DNA of 43,186 nucleotides, from the NCBI GenBank assembly GCA_964413945.1, contig CAYPUT010000004.1, positions 1-43,186 of the forward strand. The letters are read 5' to 3'. The DNA is from an uncultured Spirochaetaceae bacterium. GTDB taxonomy: Bacteria > Spirochaetota > Spirochaetia > DSM-27196 > PWMO01. This document shows, piece after piece, positions 36,726 through 43,186 of this stretch. Positions within the stretch are counted from its first letter, which is position 1; every line of letters starts with the position of its first letter. Below the pieces are notes generated by a model. It saw nothing but the letters and a program-made list of their open reading frames with translations. It was not told the DNA's origin and made no database searches. The translations under genes were made by a program, and so were the position numbers.

Positions 36726-37403
36726 ACCGTTTTTGCCGGCCCCGACAAGGACGGCACACTCGCCGAGGATCTTGCCCCGTTTTTCCAGAATCTCCAGCAA
36801 TTCGGCGGCGGTCCCCGATAGGTACTCCTCGTGGATCTTGGTCATTTCGCGACCGAGAAGGACCGGTCGGTTCCCCGCAAGGGAGGCAATGTCTCCGAGG
36901 AGCTTCAGAAGGCGGTGGGGAGACTCGTAGAGAACCACGCTTCCGGTATAGGAGAGGAGCTCCTCGAGCTCCCGACGGCGGCGGCCGGCCTTCGGGGAGA
37001 GAAAGCCGCCGAAGAGAAGCCGATCGCTCGGCATGCCGCCGACGCTCGCCAAGGCGGTAATGGCCGAGGGTCCCGGAATCGGGACGATTGCGATTCCCGC
37101 TCCCCGGACAACCCGGACGAGGGTCGCACCGGGGTCGCTGACACCGGGGGTTCCCGCGTCGCTTACGAAGGCCAGATTCTGCCCCTCCCGGAGGAGCGAG
37201 ACAGCGTACTCGGCGCAGGAGGATTCGTTTTGGGCCCGGCAGCTGACGGTCCGGACCGAGACGCCGATACTCGAGAGCAGTTTCCGGGTACGTCGGGTGT
37301 CTTCGCAGAAGACGGCATCGACCATGGACAGGGTCTCCCGAGCCCGAAGGGTCAAATCCGACAGGTTTCCGATCGGCGTGCCGACAATATACAAGGTGGC
37401 CAC
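36723..37403 (-). CDS. rsmI: 16S rRNA (C1402) 2'-O-methyltransferase
   Basis: LYIVGTPIGNL.D.T.RA, CEDTR, VSDAGTPGVSDPG, PIPGPSA, YESPHR, REMTKIHEE. GTG start at 37403. Confidence 0.95.
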   Translation of the reverse strand: MATLYIVGTPIGNLSDLTLRARETLSMVDAVFCEDTRRTRKLLSSIGVSVRTVSCRAQNESSCAEYAVSLLREGQNLAFVSDAGTPGVSDPGATLVRVVRGAGIAIVPIPGPSAITALASVGGMPSDRLLFGGFLSPKAGRRRRELEELLSYTGSVVLYESPHRLLKLLGDIASLAGNRPVLLGREMTKIHEEYLSGTAAELLEILEKRGKILGECAVLVGAGKNG

Positions 37404-37448
37404 GATACTTAAGAGTATCGGCCGTTCGCTTGGTTTGGCAGCCGGTTT

Positions 37449-37949
37449 TTGGTTACCATTCATCTAGTTTCTGCCGGAGGGTGCATCATTTATACCATCG
37501 TCCTCCTCGTAGTAGCCGGGATCGTCGGCTATCTGATCTACACCATCGTTCGCCTTCGCAAGGACGGCTACTACGAGCTGGCCAACAGAATGGCCCGGCG
37601 AAGCCGGGAGTCGTTTCAGGTTCTCAAACCCTGCCCTATCTGCGGCGCCATGCTCCGCCGGGGCGAGACGGTGCATACTCACGTCTACAGCAAGAATCCC
37701 GACGACCCGGGAGCCGGCGGATCCGGCAGCGGCGGACGGCCGAAAGAGGCCCTCGTTCACATGTTCGGCTGTCCCTACTGCTACCCCGCGAACGACAAGC
37801 ACCCGCGAATCTGTCCCGTCTGCCGCCGGGAGCTCCCGACCGACGGCTTTCTCTACGCCCGCATGTTCTACCGAGGGTCCCGGCGCCACGTCCACGTCCT
37901 CGGGTGCACCGAATGCCGTATGGGCAAGGCCAGCGGCTCGGAGTATTGA
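37449..37949 (+). CDS. Membrane-anchored protein with four CxxC motifs (double Zn finger)
   Basis: N-terminal TM, then CPIC, CPYC, CPVC, CTEC. True start may be ATT 37488. Confidence 0.8.
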   Translation: MVTIHLVSAGGCIIYTIVLLVVAGIVGYLIYTIVRLRKDGYYELANRMARRSRESFQVLKPCPICGAMLRRGETVHTHVYSKNPDDPGAGGSGSGGRPKEALVHMFGCPYCYPANDKHPRICPVCRRELPTDGFLYARMFYRGSRRHVHVLGCTECRMGKASGSEY

Positions 37950-37993
37950 GGGGCCGGCGGCTCGACGGACCACGAACAAGCACCCCCGCCGCC

Positions 37994-38022
37994 TTGCGCC
38001 GAAGGTTCCAAGGCGATAGGAT
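37994..38022 (+). promoter_or_regulatory. Leaderless promoter for HIT-aspS
   Basis: TTGCGC-N17-TAGGAT-N6-ATG. Confidence 0.6.
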
Positions 38023-38028
38023 AGCCCC

Positions 38029-38376
38029 ATGGCTGAAGAGACCCTCTTTGACAAGATCCTCTCCGGAGAGATTCCCTCCGAGGGTGTCTACGAAGACGAG
38101 GACGTCTACGCCTTCCGGGACATTAATCCCCAGGCGCCGACGCACGTCCTCGTTATCCCCCGAAAGAAGCTCGCCTCCTTTATCGAGGTACAAAACGCGG
38201 ACGCAGAGACCATCGGACGCTTTATGCAGAGCGTTTCCAAGGTCGCGACGGAGTTGGGGTTGGACGAGAGCGGCTATCGAGTGGTCTTTAACAGCGGTCC
38301 GGATGCGCAACAGTCGGTTGCCTACATCCATGCCCACATCCTCGGCGGTCGACAACTCGGCTGGCCACCGGGTTAG
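38029..38376 (+). CDS. Histidine triad nucleotide-binding protein (HinT-like)
   Basis: LFDKI.SGEIPS..VYED, AFRDINPQAPTHVLVIP, GYRVVFN.G, YIHAHILGGR.LGWPPG. Confidence 0.94.
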   Translation: MAEETLFDKILSGEIPSEGVYEDEDVYAFRDINPQAPTHVLVIPRKKLASFIEVQNADAETIGRFMQSVSKVATELGLDESGYRVVFNSGPDAQQSVAYIHAHILGGRQLGWPPG

Positions 38377-38414
38377 CGCCTGCCGGCGACGCGTCGCGCA
38401 TAAAAGAGAACAAG

Positions 38415-40232
38415 ATGGAAAAGAACAAGAGAACTGTCACCTGCGGCGAGCTCACAGCCGCCGATACCGGTCGGTCCGTTACCTTAAACGGCTGGGTGCA
38501 TCGCCTCCGGGACCACGGCGGCGTCAAGTTTATTAACCTCCGGGATCGTTACGGGATTACCCAGGTCGTCGTCGACGAGGACGCCGCCGAGGAAGTGCGC
38601 CGGACGACCGAGAAGCTCCACAACGAATATTGCATCGCGGTTACCGGCGTCGTCCGGGGCCGTCCGGAGGAGATGAAGAACCCGGAGATGGGCACCGGGG
38701 AAGTGGAGGTCGCGGCGGAGTCCGTCGAGGTTCTCGCGACCTGCGAGACCCTTCCCTTCCCCATCGACGAGAAGAGCGAAGCCCGGGAGGAGCTCAGGCA
38801 GAAGTTCCGCTACCTCGACTTGCGCTCCTTCTCGATGCAGCGGAAAATCCGTCTCCGGAGCGACGTTGCTACCGAGACCAGAAAGTACCTTACCGGCAGG
38901 GGCTTCCTCGAGATCGAGACGCCGACTCTTATCCGGTCGACCCCCGAAGGGGCCCGGGACTTTCTGGTACCCTCCCGGATCAACCAGGGGAGGTTCTACG
39001 CCCTCCCCCAGTCTCCCCAACTCTTCAAGCAGCTGTTGATGGTCTCCGGTTTCGACCGCTACTTCCAGCTCGCCCACTGTTTTCGGGACGAGGACGCCCG
39101 GGGCGACCGGCAGGTCGAGCACACCCAGATAGACATAGAGATGAGCTTCGTCTCGAAGGACGACGTCTTCGAGGTGGTCGAGGGGATGATGGCCCACATC
39201 TTTAAGGAGACCCTCGGGGTCGACGTGCCGATTCCCTTTCCCCGTCTCGGATACCACGACGCGATGAACCGTTACGGCTCGGACAAGCCGGACCTGCGGT
39301 ACGGCCTCGAAATGGTCGACGTTTCTTCGGTTGTCGCCGAGAGCGATTTTCAAGTGTTCAAGAAGGTCGTGGCGAGCGGCGGGGTCGTAAAAGCGCTCCG
39401 GGTTTCCGGGGGCCAGGAATACTCGAGAAAGCAGATCGACGGCTTCGAGAGCGTCGCCAAGGACTACGGGGCGAAGGGCCTCGCCTGGACCCGGGTCATC
39501 GGCGAGGCGGGTTCTCCGGCCCTCGATGGGGGTGTATCCCGCTTCTTGGAAAAGGAGACGCACGAGATTCTCGCCGCCACCGAGGCGGCGCCGGGGGATC
39601 TGCTGCTCTTTATGGCCGACGGTTGGAAGACCGCCTGCACGGCCCTGGGAGCCGTCCGCCGGGAGATCGGAAAAAGCCTTATCCCGGAAGAGGACAAGAG
39701 CTTCTCCTTCGCATGGATTATCGACTTCCCGCTCTTCGAGTGGAACGATGATGAAAAGCGGTGGGAGGCGGCGCACCACATGTTTACGATGCCCCAGGAG
39801 CCGTTTATCGACACCCTCGAGGAGAATCCCGGGGATGTGAAGGGAGATCTCTACGACCTGGTCTGTAACGGTCTCGAGCTCGCCTCGGGGTCGATAAGAA
39901 TCCACGACCCAAAGCTCCAGCAGCGGGTCTTCAACGTCGTCGGTATGTCGGAGGAGGAGGCGAAGCGACGTTTCGGGTTTCTCCTCGAAGCCTTTGGCTA
40001 CGGCCCGCCGCCCCACGGGGGAATCGCCCCGGGACTCGACCGGTTGGTCATGCTGATGGCCGGGGAGAACACCATTCGAGAGGTTATGGCCTTTCCGAAG
40101 AATAGCCTCGGGGCCTCGCCGATGGACGACTCTCCTTCGACGGTGGACGAGCGTCAGCTCGAGGAGCTCGGAATCCGGGTGGTTGCCCCCCCGGAGGAAG
40201 AACCGAAAGGCCAAGCCGAGCCGCCGGCATAG
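38415..40232 (+). CDS. aspS: Aspartate--tRNA ligase
   Basis: GWVHR.RDHGG..F..LRD, RYLDLR, STPEGARDF, YALPQSPQLFKQLLM, CFRDED.R.DRQ, PPHGG.A.GLDR. Confidence 0.97.
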   Translation: MEKNKRTVTCGELTAADTGRSVTLNGWVHRLRDHGGVKFINLRDRYGITQVVVDEDAAEEVRRTTEKLHNEYCIAVTGVVRGRPEEMKNPEMGTGEVEVAAESVEVLATCETLPFPIDEKSEAREELRQKFRYLDLRSFSMQRKIRLRSDVATETRKYLTGRGFLEIETPTLIRSTPEGARDFLVPSRINQGRFYALPQSPQLFKQLLMVSGFDRYFQLAHCFRDEDARGDRQVEHTQIDIEMSFVSKDDVFEVVEGMMAHIFKETLGVDVPIPFPRLGYHDAMNRYGSDKPDLRYGLEMVDVSSVVAESDFQVFKKVVASGGVVKALRVSGGQEYSRKQIDGFESVAKDYGAKGLAWTRVIGEAGSPALDGGVSRFLEKETHEILAATEAAPGDLLLFMADGWKTACTALGAVRREIGKSLIPEEDKSFSFAWIIDFPLFEWNDDEKRWEAAHHMFTMPQEPFIDTLEENPGDVKGDLYDLVCNGLELASGSIRIHDPKLQQRVFNVVGMSEEEAKRRFGFLLEAFGYGPPPHGGIAPGLDRLVMLMAGENTIREVMAFPKNSLGASPMDDSPSTVDERQLEELGIRVVAPPEEEPKGQAEPPA

Positions 40233-40247
40233 ACGGGCCCGGGCTGT

Positions 40248-41498
40248 CTATCCCTGTAGCTTCTCCGCCTCTTCGGCGATAATCCGTAATCCTTCGTAGA
40301 CCTCGTCGTCGGGCATGGCGAAGTTCAGCCGGACGCACTCGTCCTTGTGGTCCCACCGGTCGGCCAACCCGAAGAAGAAGTAGCGCCCCGGTACCACGAT
40401 GGTATGCCGCTCTTTGAGACGCCGGTAGAGCTCTTCGGTGGTACCCTTTAGCTTGCGGAACCAGACCCAGAGAAAGAGAGCCCCTTCGCTCGAATGGATC
40501 GCATAGTCCACCTTCCCGCCGAAAAGCTCGTCTATCCACTGTTGTGTCTTCTGCGACTTTTGACGGTAGAAGGGCTCGATTGCTTCCCGGCTTATCCGGA
40601 GGATCTCCCCGGATTCGAAGAGTGGCTGCAGCAGTACCTGACCGAAGCTTCCGTTGGCGAGGCTCAGGATGGCGTTGGCGCCGGATATCGCCTGGATAAC
40701 CTCCGGCCGGGCGACGACGATCCCGGTACGTACCGAGGGAAGGCCTATCTTCGACAGGCTCATCGCTAAAACGATGTTCTCGTTCCACACCGGCCTTGCG
40801 TCGGTGTAGATCATGCTCGGAAAGGGGACGCCGTAGGCGTTGTCTATAAACAGGGGGATGTTCCGCTCCCGGGCGAGGCGGTCGAGACCGGCGATCTCCT
40901 CGTCGGTTATGACGTTTCCCGTCGGGTTGGTCGGCCGGGAGATGCAGATTGCCCCGGCGTCCTCCGGGATATCGAGGGTGCCGAAATCGACATGGTATTT
41001 GAAGCGCCGCTCTCCGAGCTTTTCGATGGTGGGCTTCCGTCCGACAAAGCAGTTGTCCTGGAGCATCTGGTCGGCGTATCCGATGTACTCCGGAATAACG
41101 GGGAACACGATCTTCCGAAGCCCCTGGTCGCTGGTTCCGGCAAAGGCGTTGAAGAGGAGAAAAAAGGCGGTCTGGCTTCCGTTGGTAATGGCGATGTTAT
41201 CGGCGGAAACATCCCACCCCTGCTCTTTCCGGAGAAAAGCGGCGACCGATTTGCGAAAGGAGAGACGTCCCTGAGGCGCGTCGTAGGCGGCGATCATCCG
41301 CTCGTATTCGTCGCCGTTGGCGAGAATTTCCTCCATTCGCCGGCGCCAGAGGGCGTTTACCGCGGGTATCTGCGCCGGGTTTCCTCCACCGAGCATGTGG
41401 ACCGGGCCCGGGGACTCGACGGCCGCCCCGAGGTCGGCCATCAGCTCGAGAATGCCGGTGCGGCGGGTAAATCTTCTTCCAAAGTCGGACAAACGCAT
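40248..41498 (-). CDS. avtA: Valine--pyruvate aminotransferase
   Basis: LS.FG..FT...GI..LM.DL, MLGGGNPA, PEYIGY, FKYHVDF, SRPTNPTGN, DNAYG, SLSKIGLP..R (PLP Lys). ATG at 41498. Confidence 0.92.
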   Translation of the reverse strand: MRLSDFGRRFTRRTGILELMADLGAAVESPGPVHMLGGGNPAQIPAVNALWRRRMEEILANGDEYERMIAAYDAPQGRLSFRKSVAAFLRKEQGWDVSADNIAITNGSQTAFFLLFNAFAGTSDQGLRKIVFPVIPEYIGYADQMLQDNCFVGRKPTIEKLGERRFKYHVDFGTLDIPEDAGAICISRPTNPTGNVITDEEIAGLDRLARERNIPLFIDNAYGVPFPSMIYTDARPVWNENIVLAMSLSKIGLPSVRTGIVVARPEVIQAISGANAILSLANGSFGQVLLQPLFESGEILRISREAIEPFYRQKSQKTQQWIDELFGGKVDYAIHSSEGALFLWVWFRKLKGTTEELYRRLKERHTIVVPGRYFFFGLADRWDHKDECVRLNFAMPDDEVYEGLRIIAEEAEKLQG

Positions 41499-41529
41499 GG
41501 CGGCGAGTATAATACAGGCTCCGCGACAA

Positions 41530-41557
41530 TTGAAACAGACACAGACCCGGGTATACT
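41530..41557 (+). promoter_or_regulatory. Promoter for serA
   Basis: TTGAAA-N16-TATACT followed by SD AAGGAG. Confidence 0.65.
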
Positions 41558-41579
41558 GTGGATACCATAAGGAGTAGCC

Positions 41580-42764
41580 GTGTACCGCATTCGCACCCAC
41601 AACAAGATATCCCCGAAAGGGTTGTCACTACTGGACTCGACCCTCTTCGACGTCGGGGAGAACATCGAAGAACCGGACGCCATCCTGGTCCGGAGCTACA
41701 AGCTCCACGACACGGAGTTCCCGGGGAGCGTCAAGGCCATCGCCCGGGCGGGGGCCGGCGTAAACAATATTCCGGTCGAGCGCTGCACCAACGCCGGTAT
41801 CGTCGTCTTTAACACCCCCGGGGCGAACGCCAACAGCGTCAAGGAGCTGGTAATCAGCGGGCTTCTGCTCTCTTCTCGAAAGATTCACGAAGGCCTTGAA
41901 TGGGTCCAGACCCTCAAGGACAAGGGCGACGAGGTTTCGGCCCTTGTGGAGAAGGAGAAGTCGAGCTTTGCCGGCCCGGAGATAGCCGGGAAGACCCTCG
42001 GGGTTGTCGGCCTGGGAGCTATCGGGGTAATGGTCTCTAACGCCGCTGTGGCCCTTGGGATGGAGGTCGTCGGCTTCGACCCGTATCTCTCGGTCGAGTC
42101 CGCCTGGGGCCTATCCCGGTCCGTGGGCCGGGCGCGGAACCTCGACGCCCTCCTCTCGCAGTCGGACTACATCAGCCTCCACGTCCCCTTAAACGGTTCG
42201 ACCAAGAACATGATCGACGCGAGAGCGCTCTCGAAGGTCAAACCGGGAGCCCGCCTGCTAAACTTCGCCCGGGGCGGCCTGGTGAACGATCAGGACCTTC
42301 TTTCGGCCCTCGACGCCGGGACCCTCTCGGTCTACGTGACCGACTTCCCGGAGGCGGAGCTCTTGGGAAACGCAAAGGTACTGGCGGTTCCCCATCTCGG
42401 CGCTTCGACCCCGGAAGCGGAGGAGAACTGCGCCATTATGGCCGCCCGGCAGCTTGGTGAGTTCCTGCTCCGGGGCAACATCGTCAACTCGGTAAACTTC
42501 CCGGAATGCCGGCTGGACTACTCGAACAACGAGCGCATCCTCGTCGCCAACCGCAACATTCCGAACATGGTCGGCCAGATAACGACCATCCTGGCGGACG
42601 CCAACATCAACATCCAGGACCTGATCAACCGGCACTACGAGGAGATCGCGTACAACATTATCGACCTCGACGCCCGGGTCCCGGCCCCGTCGATCGAGAA
42701 GATCCGTAACATCGACGGCGTCATCGCACTCCGGGAGATCCATCCGGAGGAGGGGGGCGAGTGA
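41580..42764 (+). CDS. serA: D-3-phosphoglycerate dehydrogenase with ACT domain
   Basis: [51 protein letters not shown]-terminal ACT ([10 protein letters not shown]). Confidence 0.93.
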   Translation: MYRIRTHNKISPKGLSLLDSTLFDVGENIEEPDAILVRSYKLHDTEFPGSVKAIARAGAGVNNIPVERCTNAGIVVFNTPGANANSVKELVISGLLLSSRKIHEGLEWVQTLKDKGDEVSALVEKEKSSFAGPEIAGKTLGVVGLGAIGVMVSNAAVALGMEVVGFDPYLSVESAWGLSRSVGRARNLDALLSQSDYISLHVPLNGSTKNMIDARALSKVKPGARLLNFARGGLVNDQDLLSALDAGTLSVYVTDFPEAELLGNAKVLAVPHLGASTPEAEENCAIMAARQLGEFLLRGNIVNSVNFPECRLDYSNNERILVANRNIPNMVGQITTILADANINIQDLINRHYEEIAYNIIDLDARVPAPSIEKIRNIDGVIALREIHPEEGGE

Positions 42765-43186
42765 TTCGGGGCCAAGCGATCCGGGGCCGCGTATTCCGAA
42801 GGTTTTGCTTTCGAGCTCTTGCCGCCGGAGCCTTGCTCTTCGGCGTCTTCGGCGCCTCGAACCTCGGCGCACAGGAGCTTTCCGAGGGCCTCTACGCCCG
42901 CATACACACCACCCGGGGGCAGGTTCTCGTCGAGCTCGCCTACGAGCGGGCCCCCCTGACGGTGACCAACTTCGTCGGCCTCGCCGAAGGCCGCTTAAAC
43001 TCCTCCCGGGGCGCCGGGGTCCCCTTCTACGACGGCCTGACCTTCCACCGGGTGATCCCCGGCTTCGTGATCCAGGGGGGAGACCCCGCGGGAAACGGGA
43101 CCGGAGGGCCGGGGTACCGATATCGGGGCTGGGAACCCCTCGACGTGGATCTCCGCGGCATCGCCGACACTCACTTGTGCGAGCTG
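42761..43186 (+). CDS. Exported cyclophilin-type peptidyl-prolyl isomerase (partial, runs off window; absent from ORF track)
   Basis: GTGA overlap with serA stop; signal peptide, then [32 protein letters not shown]...[29 protein letters not shown]. Confidence 0.9.
   Translation, partial: MIRGQAIRGRVFRRFCFRALAAGALLFGVFGASNLGAQELSEGLYARIHTTRGQVLVELAYERAPLTVTNFVGLAEGRLNSSRGAGVPFYDGLTFHRVIPGFVIQGGDPAGNGTGGPGYRYRGWEPLDVDLRGIADTHLCEL

Noticed and set aside
38415-38700. Classifying AspRS as discriminating or non-discriminating
   Set aside because: Signals are mixed (His in RDHGG suggests non-discriminating, but RPEE lacks the typical Gly); cannot be decided by eye.

Overview
GC-rich, gene-dense core-genome region, most likely from a free-living Spirochaetota bacterium. 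This is inferred from the flgM-rsmI, nif3-lspA-small membrane protein, UvrD/PD-(D/E)XK pair and HDOD gene content. It encodes two tandem malate dehydrogenase homologues, fumC, a TPR protein, a rubredoxin missed by the ORF track, a Uma2 nuclease and a fabH / fabD-fabG-fabF-lgt divergon. Further genes are a MoxR-DUF58-transglutaminase-TPR operon, an MFS transporter, a methyltransferase, a CDP-alcohol phosphotransferase, an AddAB-like helicase-nuclease, tRNA-Ala(GGC), a 550-aa unknown protein, LonC, a GHKL-HDOD fusion, glutaredoxin/OsmC, TrmH, an Fe-ADH-like protein lacking its metal ligands, flgM, rsmI, a membrane Zn-finger protein, HIT, aspS, avtA, serA and a truncated cyclophilin. I found no CRISPR array, integrase, transposase or prophage. 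The best leads are: (1) many genes with a -10 box only 6-10 nt before the start codon and no SD (leaderless translation), plus possible ATT starts; (2) an mdh pair with complementary degeneration, possibly a hetero-oligomer; (3) a pseudo-enzymatic Fe-ADH behind a sigma28-flgM terminator; (4) a GHKL-ATPase-HDOD fusion; (5) an unknown 550-aa protein co-transcribed with tRNA-Ala; (6) a branched palindromic element at the left end. All calls are by eye; no searches were run.
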